Shown here one piece after another: positions 37,387 through 47,760 of a stretch of 52,997 nt of DNA. The translations under genes were made by a program, and so were the position numbers. How positions within the stretch are numbered: position 1 is the stretch's first letter; every line of letters begins with the position of its first letter. The stretch spans positions 1 through 52,997 of the forward strand of contig JAJQJM010000003.1 of assembly GCA_021323475.1 (NCBI GenBank), given 5' to 3'. A model generated the notes under the pieces. It did not search any database. It saw only the letters and a list, made by a program, of their open reading frames with translations, and had not been told where the DNA came from. The DNA is from Vampirovibrio sp. GTDB taxonomy: Bacteria > Cyanobacteriota > Vampirovibrionia > Vampirovibrionales > Vampirovibrionaceae.

Positions 37387-38331
37387 TCAAACAGCCGGAG
37401 GTTGGCCGACCGTATCGCTGTCAGGTTTTTCTGCCGGTTGTTCCACGGGTTTGCCAACCGCATGGTACACGTAAACAAAGACGGCAATGACCATATACAC
37501 CAGCATCAGCAGCAAAAACAACTGGAACATAATCAGAACCAGTGGGCCTGCAATGGCGGATAAGGCAGTCAGGAAATATAAAGAGGTTCCCGTCAGCAGG
37601 AACAGGCCGCTCAGCGGGAACATCCGCAGCGGGTCTTTGAAGTATTGCAGGCTGGCCCGCCAGAATGCCTTCAGGGTACCGTCTCCATAATAGACGACAA
37701 AGGCCGGCCAGAGCATGAAAATCAGTAGAAAGCCGATATAGGCGAACATGCCAACCAGTAATACCAGAGATAGCTTGCCCAGATTGACCTGTTCGGCAAA
37801 ACTTAACGATTGAATGGCTGTCTCCCGGTGGCTTAGGTCAGCCTGAATCAATTTTTCAAGAATGGCTTGGTTTTCAGTCCACATGGGGTGAATGACGTTA
37901 AACAGCAGCAGGATGGCCACGCCGTGAATCAGCATGCCACCGGCAATACTGGGGAAAAACCGGGCAATGCCGGGGAAAAATTCTTTGTAAAGCGAAAAGG
38001 CCGCCAATGGGGACACGTCCCGCAGCGCCTCTTCCCTGGGGCGACCCAGAAAACGGGTGCAGGCGGACGCCACCATACTGAACCAGCCTGCGGCAATGGC
38101 GGCCATTACCTGCAGAACTACCGCGAATAGCAGCAGCCAGCGCCATTCCCAGGCGGGCAAAACGCCTTCCGGCAGGATAGCGCCTAATAAAAAGAGACTG
38201 AACAGAAAGATATAGACGAGTGTAAAGTTTCGTGTCCAGATAATCAGGCTATCGGTTAAAACGGTTAAAAGCAGTCGCATAGCCGAAAGCATACCACCAA
38301 GATATTGTTTCAGAAAGCCAAAAGCGTCCAA
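37387..38331 (-). CDS. Hypothetical integral membrane protein (about 6 TM)
   Basis: Multiple long hydrophobic segments; start may be ATG 38280. Confidence 0.75.
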   Translation of the reverse strand: MDAFGFLKQYLGGMLSAMRLLLTVLTDSLIIWTRNFTLVYIFLFSLFLLGAILPEGVLPAWEWRWLLLFAVVLQVMAAIAAGWFSMVASACTRFLGRPREEALRDVSPLAAFSLYKEFFPGIARFFPSIAGGMLIHGVAILLLFNVIHPMWTENQAILEKLIQADLSHRETAIQSLSFAEQVNLGKLSLVLLVGMFAYIGFLLIFMLWPAFVVYYGDGTLKAFWRASLQYFKDPLRMFPLSGLFLLTGTSLYFLTALSAIAGPLVLIMFQLFLLLMLVYMVIAVFVYVYHAVGKPVEQPAEKPDSDTVGQPPAV

Positions 38332-38520
38332 TTCCCCATTTGGGCAATAGCAATCCCTGTATTTAAAAATATAATTGAGTAGACTTCTTCGAGTAGGAGT
38401 GAACTCAAAGTTTTTCGCGCTTTTACAATTCTTTATTTATCGGTTTTCCAGAGTTCGATGAGAATCAACAGATCCCTTGGGGCATAAAACAGAGACGTGT
38501 ATAAGTAAAATTGAGGGTAA

Positions 38521-39015
38521 TTGGGCATGTTGCAAACGCCATCACAACCGAAAAAAGGCCGGCCATTGTTATCCAAGCCAATGGCTCCTGAGCTGCCGGG
38601 AGGAAGAATTCGGCAATATTCGCCGTATCCGGCTATTCCACCGGCCAAGTATTCGGGCATGCCCAATTTCATGCACTATTGCATCGGGCCGGGCGCGGAT
38701 TTACAGGGCGCGGATCTCTCCAACGCCGACTTGCGCTGGAGCAACTTCCGTAGCGCCAACCTGCGCAATACCAAGTTGCGCGGTTCCATATTATGGGGCT
38801 CCATCCTCACCAACGCCGATTTACGGGACGCCAACCTGAGCCATGCCGATTTTACCGGCGCGGATTTGGTGGGCGCCAACCTGACCGGGGCGGATTTGGA
38901 AGGCGCCTGCTTCCTGGGCGCCCGCTACGGCAAGACCACCCAGTTCCCCAAAAAATTCGGGGATCCGGAACGGAAAGGCATGGTCAGCCTGAGCGAGTCG
39001 ATGCAGTTCAGCTGA
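38521..39015 (+). CDS. Pentapeptide repeat protein
   Basis: A(D/N)Lxx repeats ADLQG ADLSN ADLRW...; C-terminal ARY..TTQFP..F.P...GM. Confidence 0.9.
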   Translation: MGMLQTPSQPKKGRPLLSKPMAPELPGGRIRQYSPYPAIPPAKYSGMPNFMHYCIGPGADLQGADLSNADLRWSNFRSANLRNTKLRGSILWGSILTNADLRDANLSHADFTGADLVGANLTGADLEGACFLGARYGKTTQFPKKFGDPERKGMVSLSESMQFS

Positions 39016-39171
39016 CGCAATCCGTTAAGAGGTCGCTTCGCGCGACGCATTCGATATTCAAAGGGGCTCGAGGTACAAGTGACTTCGGGCCCCTCTCTTC
39101 CGTATTGTTTACCGGCCTGGCTTGAATTAAGATGTCAGCATTGTCATACGTTTATGCGGGGATTCAGTACA

Positions 39172-39732
39172 ATGTCGGCTGACGATATTCAAAGTTTGGC
39201 GGAAGAGAAAATGAAGAAGGCGATTGCCTCGGTGCAGTACGAGATGGGCTCCATCCGTACAGGCCGGGCGAACCCTCTCATTCTGGACCGGGTTACGGTG
39301 GATTACTACGGCACTCCCACCCCCGTGCGCCAAATGGCGAACGTGACGGTTCAGGAAGGACAGACCCTGGTCATTCAGCCCTATGACAAAAGCTCGATGG
39401 GCGATATCGAAAAAGCCATTTCCAAGTCCGATATCAACCTGCCTGTCAATAACGACGGTACGGTGCTGCGCCTGAACGTGCCGCCGCTGACTGAAGAACG
39501 CCGCAAGGAAATGGTGAAGACCGTCAAGAAAATCGGCGAGGAAGGCAAAGTGGCTATCCGTAACATCCGCCGGGATGCCACCAGCGATGTGGAAAAGCTG
39601 AAGAAAGCCGAAAACCTGTCCGAAGACGAAGTGAAGCTGCGCCAGGACAAAATTCAGAAGCTGACCGATAAATACATCGGCCAACTGGAGCAGATGGTCA
39701 GCGATAAAGAGAAAGAAGTGATGGAGGTTTAG
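39172..39732 (+). CDS. frr: Ribosome recycling factor
   Basis: IRTGRANP, VDYYG, IQPYD, PPLTEERRKE, VAIRNIRRD, IQKLTD. Confidence 0.97.
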   Translation: MSADDIQSLAEEKMKKAIASVQYEMGSIRTGRANPLILDRVTVDYYGTPTPVRQMANVTVQEGQTLVIQPYDKSSMGDIEKAISKSDINLPVNNDGTVLRLNVPPLTEERRKEMVKTVKKIGEEGKVAIRNIRRDATSDVEKLKKAENLSEDEVKLRQDKIQKLTDKYIGQLEQMVSDKEKEVMEV

Positions 39733-39779
39733 CCATTCGTACGGAAGCCTCCGAGGTTAGTCAAGCCGGAAAGCGTAGT

Positions 39780-40601
39780 TTGTCCCGTGTTCGCATGGGG
39801 CTCATTATTGCGGTGGTCTTTTTCGGGGCTGCCGCCGTAGGCGGATGGTTCTGGTCTTTATTGGTATTCGCTTCCATTTACCTGGGCAACCAGGAATTCA
39901 AGACCTTGATGGGAAATATCGGCGTTAAGCCTTCCCAAATCATCATCATGGCCTCTGCGGTGCTGATGGTGCTGGTCGCCAGCCTGGATCAGTCCAAATG
40001 GCTTTCCCCAATTCTCACGCTTGCTATTATCGCGAGCTTTTTCCGTCTGCTGTTCCGTAGTCCCCGCGCCCACATCGGGGATATCGGCGGTACGCTGATC
40101 GTGATTCTGTATATGGTGTATATGCCGGTTTATTATATTCTGTTGCGGCAATTGGGCTTGCAATACCTGGTATTGACCTTGGCTGTTATCAGCGCTTCCG
40201 ATATTGCGGCGTATTATGTGGGTAAGGCATTTGGAAAACACCTGCTGTACCCGGAAATTAGCCCCAAGAAGACCCGTGAAGGAGCCATCGGAGGCTTACT
40301 GGGCGGCGTGTTGCTGGGCCTGTTGACCACTCTCATCTGGCCGATGCCCTGGTATCACGCGGTTATCCTCAGCGTGTTGCTGGTCATTGTAGGACAGTTG
40401 GGCGATTTAACCGAGTCCATGATGAAACGGGACGTGGGCTTGAAAGATTCGGGCATGTTGCTGGCCAGCCACGGCGGATTTTTAGATCGGGCGGACAGCT
40501 ATATTTTTTCCGGCGCAGTTTGCTACTATTATATATATTGGATTGTGCTCCGGCAGGGTTTGGCGCTTGATGTGATCCGCTGGTTTGAACAGTTCCATTA
40601 A
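39780..40601 (+). CDS. cdsA: Phosphatidate cytidylyltransferase
   Basis: SDIAAYYVG, ISPKKTREG, GDLTESMMKR..GLKDSG..L..HGGFLDRADS. Confidence 0.95.
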   Translation: MSRVRMGLIIAVVFFGAAAVGGWFWSLLVFASIYLGNQEFKTLMGNIGVKPSQIIIMASAVLMVLVASLDQSKWLSPILTLAIIASFFRLLFRSPRAHIGDIGGTLIVILYMVYMPVYYILLRQLGLQYLVLTLAVISASDIAAYYVGKAFGKHLLYPEISPKKTREGAIGGLLGGVLLGLLTTLIWPMPWYHAVILSVLLVIVGQLGDLTESMMKRDVGLKDSGMLLASHGGFLDRADSYIFSGAVCYYYIYWIVLRQGLALDVIRWFEQFH

Positions 40602-40738
40602 ATTTTCGTTCCAATTGAACGATACGTTGAATATAAACGCTCAATAGTACGGCTGGAGCCGCGTGTTTCCCTCTCTCTCCGGGAGCATCGGCGGCCAGAA
40701 ACCGCTAATCGCTAATTTGCTAATAAAGGACAACTCGC

Positions 40739-41515
40739 ATGGTTTCCACGGCTTCCGAAAGCCAAGGTAAAGAAAACCAGGACAAACCAATTGATAAGGA
40801 CAGAAAGCAGCAGATTCTGTCCTTGTTGAAAGGGCTGAATATCAAGCGTCCCCGCAATTACGAACTCTATGACCGGGCGCTGACTCATAGTTCGTTTACT
40901 TACGAGAACAAGCTGTCCGCCTTTGAAAACTACGAGCGCCTGGAGTACCTGGGCGATGCGGTGCTGAAGCTGGTAGTCAGCGAGTACCTGTTTGAGCGCT
41001 TTCCCGATTACCGGGAAGGGGAGCTGACCAAGATCCGGGCGGTGGTGGTCAGCGATGCCAAGCTGGCCGAAGTGGCCAAGCTGATGAACCTGGGCGAGTA
41101 CATTATTTTTGGGGCCAGCGAAGCCAAAAGCGGCGGGCGTAAAAAGGTATCCAACCTGGCTTGCGCGTTTGAGGCGCTGCTTGGGGCCATGTACCTGGAC
41201 GGCAAAACCGGGGAAGTTCGCGATATGGTGCGGGCCCAACTGGAAAGCTTCGTGACGGAAATCGATCTCAGCAAGACCAAGGATAACTATAAAGCGGCTT
41301 TGCAGGAACTGACCCAGGCGGACGGCGGTGTGCTGCCGGTTTACCGCACAGTAAAAGAATCCGGCCCGTCGCATAACCGCACGTTTTACGTGGAGGTTTC
41401 AATCAACGGGGAAGTGGTGGGCATTGGGGCGGGAAAATCCAAGAAAGAAGCCCAGCAGCAAGCGGCCCGGCAAGCGCTGGAAACCCTCAACGAACTGGAT
41501 GAGTCCGACATTTAA
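40739..41515 (+). CDS. rnc: Ribonuclease III
   Basis: ALTHSS, NYERLEYLGDAVL, EGELT, FEALLGA, dsRBD with GKSKKEAQQ. Confidence 0.96.
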   Translation: MVSTASESQGKENQDKPIDKDRKQQILSLLKGLNIKRPRNYELYDRALTHSSFTYENKLSAFENYERLEYLGDAVLKLVVSEYLFERFPDYREGELTKIRAVVVSDAKLAEVAKLMNLGEYIIFGASEAKSGGRKKVSNLACAFEALLGAMYLDGKTGEVRDMVRAQLESFVTEIDLSKTKDNYKAALQELTQADGGVLPVYRTVKESGPSHNRTFYVEVSINGEVVGIGAGKSKKEAQQQAARQALETLNELDESDI

Positions 41516-41617
41516 GTGAAGGGCTTCAGGTAAGCGTTGTCTTTTTGAGGCATGTCTATCGCTTGAGGATACTTTTTACTTATAATTCCCGTGCCTAAAA
41601 TCCAAGAGTAGATTTAT

Positions 41618-42742
41618 ATGACAACTTTATATAGTCACCCTTCCTACCAGGACAAAGTATTATCCAGAAAGCCCAGTCAACACACACTGGCGCATATGGG
41701 AAAGCTGGACAACGGCCTGAATGCGATTGCTGAGCGTTTAGATGCAGGTTCTCACCCCATGGATATCTTTATGCCGCAACAGACAGCCCAGTCTACCATT
41801 GCGCCCTCCCCGGCGGAACGTTTAATCCATGATGTTCATACGTCTTATGTCACGCCGGCTGATTACCAAAAGCTTGAGTCGATCCCGAATGTCACACCGG
41901 CTTTGCTTGAACGGCATTATGCAGCAATCAAGCAGAAAGACTACCAGACGGGCTCACCTGTAGAAGCCTCTATCAAACGGTTTGGGCTGCTGAGGGAAAT
42001 TGTGGATGAAGTGCGGACGAACGTACTTTTCAATTGGATGAAAAAGGCCCATGAGCTGCGTAAGCCGTATAACCCTAAAAATGATGGTTTATATCCTATC
42101 AGGCTTTCCAATGGAAAGGCGCTAGGAATTACCCGTATTGACGATATTGGCCAAAGTCAGAGCGGTGAACCCTATTCCTCAAAGCAGGTTTATCCTTTTA
42201 TCGATAAAGACAAGAGCCCTAAGGAACGGGCTGCTTTGTATAATCAGATTACCTGCAAGCCCATTAAGAAGGTTGCTAATCTGTTGGAAAGCGCTTTAAT
42301 TGGCCAGGATGGTGTTTTTGCAACCAAATTTATCCCGAAAGGCACCTGTATTGGTGTATACGGTGGGGTAATTTTTCCAAACATCCCGGTAACCAGATTA
42401 CCCCAGCATGAATCGAAACTGCTGGGCCACCTCGATACGTATTTGCTGTACCTGATGCGCGCAGGCCAGCCTATCGTCCCCATTGACGGGGATACCATCA
42501 TTTCAAAGGCAAACACAACATTTATTTATGAAGATGGTCAACCGGTCGATCAGGCTCCTCTTTCCGCATTTAACACCGAGCGGGTGGATTTTGGCGTTGA
42601 TTTGAGCAATGGCTTAAAAACCAATATTGCCACGCTATTTACGACGAAAGATATTCAGCCGGGCGAGGAGATTCGTTTTGACTACGGTTATGAGCCTGAG
42701 GATATTAAAAAGAAATTTAGAATACAGACCGCCAATCATTAA
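41618..42742 (+). CDS. SET domain protein (putative lysine methyltransferase)
   Basis: GQDGVFATKFIPKGTCIGVYGG (motifs I/II) and TKDIQPGEEIRFDYG (motif IV); NHS motif diverged to KANTT. Confidence 0.85.
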   Translation: MTTLYSHPSYQDKVLSRKPSQHTLAHMGKLDNGLNAIAERLDAGSHPMDIFMPQQTAQSTIAPSPAERLIHDVHTSYVTPADYQKLESIPNVTPALLERHYAAIKQKDYQTGSPVEASIKRFGLLREIVDEVRTNVLFNWMKKAHELRKPYNPKNDGLYPIRLSNGKALGITRIDDIGQSQSGEPYSSKQVYPFIDKDKSPKERAALYNQITCKPIKKVANLLESALIGQDGVFATKFIPKGTCIGVYGGVIFPNIPVTRLPQHESKLLGHLDTYLLYLMRAGQPIVPIDGDTIISKANTTFIYEDGQPVDQAPLSAFNTERVDFGVDLSNGLKTNIATLFTTKDIQPGEEIRFDYGYEPEDIKKKFRIQTANH

Positions 42743-42916
42743 TTCCAGTGAATGGCTATGATTTCTATGTTGTGTTTAGTACCTGCCGAATGGGCTTATA
42801 GTCTGTAAGTCGGTACTTTGGGCAATCACTCCATAGGATTTAGCCGATCAAGGGATACCCAACCGCGCTTGCTTGGTCTATAGTGGCTACTAATAGGCTT
42901 TTTTGCCGAGGAGATA

Positions 42917-43801
42917 TTGGTTATGGCACACACTGATTTGATTTTTGAAATGCTGGTGGAGGATCTAAGTGCTCCCCGCGTCCTGCTGGAGCAGGTGGTG
43001 AACTATATCAACGATCACTACAGTTATTCCACGGCGGACTTGTACCGCTTTTTTGATGAAAAATACCCGCAACTGGAGGATTACGAGGTTGATTTGACCT
43101 TCTCGCCCCAGTACACCCCGGCGGAGCATCATCGGCTGGAATATATCCCGCTGCTGGGCGCCAAGCATTTATCCAAGCTGGAGTTAACGGAGCTGAAGCG
43201 CCGACTGGAAGACGCGAAGCTGGAAATCATCCTGAAGTCCCCGGATGGGCGGACTGAAATGAAGGTTCCGGTGCATGAAACCTCGATTGAGCGCTATGTC
43301 AATCTGCTTCGCCTGGACTTGCCGCTGCCGGATGCGCTGTACCGGGAAATACTGGCGAACGTGCCGGAAGAGTCCCACAACGAAGTGAACTTGCTGTCCC
43401 GTGAGGACATCTGGCAAAACCAGGCCCGTCAGGATATTCTGGTGGCGTTTTTGCGGGCGTTCAAGCACCTTCATAATTTTTCCACGGTTAAAATCAGCTT
43501 TTTAACCAATTTTGTGCGCACCTATCGCCCGGCCCACTTGCTGGAACTGGAGCGTCAATTGGATAGCCTGATTGAATCCTGCCAGGTGGATATGGAGAAT
43601 GTGCAGGGCCGGGGCTTCCACGATGAATACCTGAAAGCCCTGAACGTCGGTAACGATTTAACTCAGGTTAGCGAACGGAATGTATGGTCGCATTACCAGC
43701 ATATGATGGATATTTCGGCCCAGTTGAAAGCGGATTTCCAGGCCATCGCCCAGGTTAGCCCGGAGAGTCTGGAAAAAGCCAAAAGCCAGACCGTGGTTTG
43801 A
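42917..43801 (+). CDS. Conserved-looking hypothetical helical protein
   Basis: 294-aa ORF with GAGGAG RBS and host-like codon usage; no motif recognised. Confidence 0.8.
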   Translation: MVMAHTDLIFEMLVEDLSAPRVLLEQVVNYINDHYSYSTADLYRFFDEKYPQLEDYEVDLTFSPQYTPAEHHRLEYIPLLGAKHLSKLELTELKRRLEDAKLEIILKSPDGRTEMKVPVHETSIERYVNLLRLDLPLPDALYREILANVPEESHNEVNLLSREDIWQNQARQDILVAFLRAFKHLHNFSTVKISFLTNFVRTYRPAHLLELERQLDSLIESCQVDMENVQGRGFHDEYLKALNVGNDLTQVSERNVWSHYQHMMDISAQLKADFQAIAQVSPESLEKAKSQTVV

Positions 43802-43841
43802 CTTTGATAATCCATTGCCGGGTTTAAACAGAAAAATGAAT

Positions 43842-43883
43842 AAGGCCAAGCCTTAACGGATTATTCGTGAGTGGCTTGGCCTT
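43842..43883. terminator. Hairpin between convergent genes (probable terminator)
   Basis: aaggccaagcc / ggcttggcctt inverted repeat. Confidence 0.7.
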
Positions 43884-43951
43884 TAAACTTGGATACAGCG
43901 TGAACGAAGCCATTGTTGTGTGGGATTGCGGTGTGGCTTCGCGTTTTTTGT

Positions 43952-44386
43952 CTAATTGTCTGTTTTGATGTTTTTCTTTGCAGGCCTCTTTGCTCGTTCA
44001 TTCTTCCATTTTTGATAATCAGACTCGGCTTTTATTCTTTCGGGAGTCAGAAGCAAGAATTTTTGCTGCATGGAATCAAAAACAAGCGCATGTTGTTTGG
44101 CATATCGTCTTGCAGAGAATGGATGACTGTCTTCATCATCACTCTGGTAGGGCGTTGTGACATACCCCCCATCATTCTCTCCCAGGGCTTCTCTTTCTTC
44201 TTTGTATTCCACGTCCTGGGGGCGGTTTTTCTCAAACCAATCATTCCGAGCTTCCAGAAAGGCATTTTGTTCTTCGTGTTTTGCACGGGCTTTATCCGCT
44301 GCCTGATCTTTATGGTGAAGATCACCTTTTTTCCCTTGAAAGGTAATTGACGATTGGCGTGAGACAGGAGTAAAACGTGTAAGCAT
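43952..44386 (-). CDS. Hypothetical charged protein with N-terminal SITFQG motif and basic C-terminus
   Basis: GAGG RBS before ATG; hydrophilic composition, unlike the Phe-rich antisense ORF. Confidence 0.7.
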   Translation of the reverse strand: MLTRFTPVSRQSSITFQGKKGDLHHKDQAADKARAKHEEQNAFLEARNDWFEKNRPQDVEYKEEREALGENDGGYVTTPYQSDDEDSHPFSARRYAKQHALVFDSMQQKFLLLTPERIKAESDYQKWKNERAKRPAKKNIKTDN

Positions 44387-44865
44387 GCTGGTACCTCAGA
44401 TTTTAGAAAGCGACATGGATGGAGTAGTTGTCAGATAGGCCGGAAGTGGTGATCATTCCGGCAAAATACCCAACGGAAATAGTGAAGGCTAAATTCACCC
44501 GGACCGGAATGGAAATCATGCCATGACAGGTACTATTTTTGAAGGATGAAAGTGGCTTATATAATTTGTGGCGCTTTATTTCCGCTTGCTTGTGTCGTAT
44601 GGTATTGGCGCAATCATGACTTGGCTTGACGTTCCAGGTCTTGCACTGTAACGTCGGCAACCGTCCGGCGTCGATAAACGAATTGGGATTTGGTTTAACA
44701 GACAATGAAATAGCTGGTTGTCAGTTACTTGATGAGGGTTTACTTGGGATTATGCTGATTTTTGACAGAATGAACCCCCCACACTATCACGGAGCGAGCC
44801 TGAAACTGTCCGGCATGACCAATCAGACGTCCTCCTATAATTTTTTGTCTGGAAGGCGGGTTACG

Positions 44866-45879
44866 ATGTCTTCCCGCTCCATTGCCTCCGGTGATCGGTT
44901 TATTCGCCATCCGGCTCCCAATGTGAATGATCCGTTGTATGACGCCTTTACCAAGACGGAATGGATGTATCGTTTCGGCAAACCGCTGAACCGGGCCGAT
45001 GCAGCGTTACAGAAAGCGCTGCGTGAAGGGAGAACCAAGGACATTCCACACCTGCTGAGGAAGGGGGCCAGTGTTAATTATCAGGATCCGATCGGCAATA
45101 CGCCGCTTATCGAGGCGGTGCTGCTGGATAATTTGCCGGCAATGGGTATATTGCTGGCGCATGGCGCCAGAACCGATATGATGGATGCATTTCAGGAAGG
45201 CCCGTTGTTCAAGGCGGCGAGTCAGCGGAACAAGGCCGCCATGAATATCCTGTTGTCAGCCGATGATTCCATTGCGGTGGACCAGGGGCCGGAAACCGGC
45301 GAAACACCGCTCAGTCTGGCGGCGTCATGGGGCGATCAATGGCTGGGAATAACCCAGCAACTGCTGGCCAGGGGCGCAAACCCCAAGAGCGCCAATATCC
45401 TGGGTATTACGCCCATGATAACGGCAGCCCAAAGCAACGCGCCCCAAACTGCACAATTGCTCTATGAGAAGGATGCAGACCCGAACGGGACGGATCGTGC
45501 CGGCCAATCCGTCCTGATGCATGCCGTTAAAGCCGGTAATTTGGAAGTCATTTCAAAGCTGTTGCAACTTAAAGCCGATCCGAATTACCGGAACCCCAAG
45601 AATGGCGATACGGTGATTCAAACCGCCATTATGGCGGATAACCCTGACGTGCTCCGGCTGCTTTTATTGGGTAAAGCCAAGATTCAACCGGAAGACCTGG
45701 ATCTGGCTCAGCGGCTGGAGCATCCTGCTATGGTGGAACTGCTGACGACGCCACCCGTTCCCGAGCAGGAGATATCCACCTTAATTGACTGGGTCAAGAA
45801 TAAACTGATTTGTTCAAAAATGCCTGCTTCCGACCCCAGCTCTGTTTCCGAGCCCAGCACCCCAGAGCAGAAAGAATAA
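44866..45879 (+). CDS. Ankyrin repeat protein
   Basis: GNTPLIEA, EGPLFKAA, GETPLSLAA, GITPMITAA, GQSVLMHAV, GDTVIQTAI repeats; ATG 44866 after GGAAGG. Confidence 0.9.
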   Translation: MSSRSIASGDRFIRHPAPNVNDPLYDAFTKTEWMYRFGKPLNRADAALQKALREGRTKDIPHLLRKGASVNYQDPIGNTPLIEAVLLDNLPAMGILLAHGARTDMMDAFQEGPLFKAASQRNKAAMNILLSADDSIAVDQGPETGETPLSLAASWGDQWLGITQQLLARGANPKSANILGITPMITAAQSNAPQTAQLLYEKDADPNGTDRAGQSVLMHAVKAGNLEVISKLLQLKADPNYRNPKNGDTVIQTAIMADNPDVLRLLLLGKAKIQPEDLDLAQRLEHPAMVELLTTPPVPEQEISTLIDWVKNKLICSKMPASDPSSVSEPSTPEQKE

Positions 45880-46030
45880 AAATTTGCACATGAATCCAGA
45901 CTCATCTGGATAGGCTGAGGCAATGACGCTGCAACTATCTGGGAATGCTAGCCGCCAGTTCCGCGAATGCCGGGAGATGAGGCTTTTCCTCAATTCAGTG
46001 GGCTGTTAAACCCTGAGCATTGTCGACTCG

Positions 46031-46267
46031 TTATTGAGACGTTCTGGTTGTATTGTGATGTGAATTGATGATGAGTTTCTTATAGGTCTCGCGACGGGCA
46101 TCGGAAGTCTCTTGAGGTTCACCGGGCAGCGGGGTGTATTCATCTCTGGCAAGCCGATCAAGATTTGTAGTTCTCTGTGCCATAGCCGTTTTGAGTTTAC
46201 CGAGCGCTACTTTTCGCTCCGCAGAGCCAAAATAAGGGGATGGGGAAAATCCGGAAATTGTATTCAT
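46031..46267 (-). CDS. Small hypothetical protein with N-terminal SPYFGS motif
   Basis: GAAAGAGG RBS before ATG 46267 (MNTISGFSPSPYFGS). Confidence 0.6.
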   Translation of the reverse strand: MNTISGFSPSPYFGSAERKVALGKLKTAMAQRTTNLDRLARDEYTPLPGEPQETSDARRETYKKLIINSHHNTTRTSQ

Positions 46268-46605
46268 TAAATTTCCTCTTTCATATTTCAACAACTACAA
46301 CAAGCATCTATGCAAACTTCTATACAATAGAAGTCTTGAGTATTTCGATGAAAACAAAATCGTTTCCGTTATTGCTAGCGGTTAAAAGTCTAAAAAACGC
46401 GACCTACCCGGCTTCTTTAGGCAGGGATTGAGAATGTTCCATTATGCAGCGTGAATATTGGCTCCTATTCAGAATCCAGGTGCAAATTCTCTTGTGTGGA
46501 GTGTAAGTTTCCGTCCCGGAGCGGTGGAAATTTGCTAGAATAGATGAGAAATAGGAATTTTTTTCCATTTTCCATGAGTGACAAAGCGGATTGAACATCG
46601 CCTGA

Positions 46606-47739
46606 ATGCAAGAGATGCAAGTCGGATCAACAACGCTAGAGATCCTGCAAGGGCAGGCCGTGGCCTTTTTTGCCTTTGATATGGGCTACGAGATTTCATT
46701 GGAGCAGGTCGGCCGCATTCTGGCCTCGAACCCCAAGCAGCCTTTATCCCGTAAAAAGCAGAACCCCAACTATCTGCAATACGCGCAAGTGCCACATGTG
46801 CACTCCCTGGGCGAAACCCAGGTATTGGACCATTGGGCCGGCGAAATTGAGGCGACCATTTTTGACTTCGGTGCGGTCAGTATCGCTTACCGCTGGAAAC
46901 TTTCCACCGATGGCGAGACGGTTCGGCTGGCTGACTTGCCGAGCCTGAGCCAGCAATTGTATGACCGCAATCTGGAAGATCATGCGCGGGCGCAGGTACA
47001 ATCGCTGATGCAGCGGATTCGGCCGGCCATTACCCGCCCCGAGCTGTCGGTGCTGGTGGAAGATTATTACGTGTTTATCATCGAATCCTTCAGTGAGCCC
47101 CTCAAGGCGGATGCGTTGATGCGCGGCTATGGCGATACCCTGGCCCAGGTGCTGCAATTCGATACCGAAAGCCTGAGCGAGGCTCAGCGGCAGGATGCCC
47201 TGACCAAAGCCATTTCCTACTACGATCGGGATCTGGTGCTCATCGATTGGAACGCCTCCATTATTTACGACAGTGATTACCGGGACACCCTGAACGTACT
47301 GGAGCTGTTAAACGTCGAGTTGCTGGAAGCCCGCTATATGGACGCCCAACTGGACAAGCGAATCAAAAATTACGAGGGCCTCAGTCCGAAGCAGCCTGCC
47401 TGGGTGATGCCGCTCTCCATTCCCTACCGGCAATCCATCAATGAGCTGGCGGAACTGCGCATTGAATCGGCGGTACTGGCCGAACGGGTGGATAACTCCC
47501 TCAAGCTGATTGGGGATTTGTACCTGGCGCGGGTGTACTCCGCCGCGTCCGAGCAGTTTTACATGCCCACCTGGGACGCCTCGATTTCCCGCAAGCTGGA
47601 TATCATCGGGAACCTGTACCAGTTACTGACCGACCGCGTAAACAGCCACCAGGCCCAAATGCTGGAAATCATCATTATTATCCTGATTCTGATTGAAATC
47701 TTCCTCAGCCTCTACAGCCTCTCCCATCCGGGAGCCTGA
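46606..47739 (+). CDS. RMD1/YagE-like C-terminally membrane-anchored protein
   Basis: IFDFGAVSI, LIDWNA, LLEARYMD, C-terminal LEIIIIILILIEI anchor. Confidence 0.65.
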   Translation: MQEMQVGSTTLEILQGQAVAFFAFDMGYEISLEQVGRILASNPKQPLSRKKQNPNYLQYAQVPHVHSLGETQVLDHWAGEIEATIFDFGAVSIAYRWKLSTDGETVRLADLPSLSQQLYDRNLEDHARAQVQSLMQRIRPAITRPELSVLVEDYYVFIIESFSEPLKADALMRGYGDTLAQVLQFDTESLSEAQRQDALTKAISYYDRDLVLIDWNASIIYDSDYRDTLNVLELLNVELLEARYMDAQLDKRIKNYEGLSPKQPAWVMPLSIPYRQSINELAELRIESAVLAERVDNSLKLIGDLYLARVYSAASEQFYMPTWDASISRKLDIIGNLYQLLTDRVNSHQAQMLEIIIIILILIEIFLSLYSLSHPGA

Positions 47740-47760
47740 GAGGAAGAGAGGCAATTCGCT

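Noticed and set aside
43913-44350. Phe/Leu-rich 145-aa membrane-like ORF on +
   Set aside because: Antisense shadow of the Lys/Glu-rich gene 43952-44386
44403-44865. 100-aa minus ORF and the 80-codon upstream extension of the ankyrin ORF
   Set aside because: No motifs; a better RBS/ATG exists at 44866
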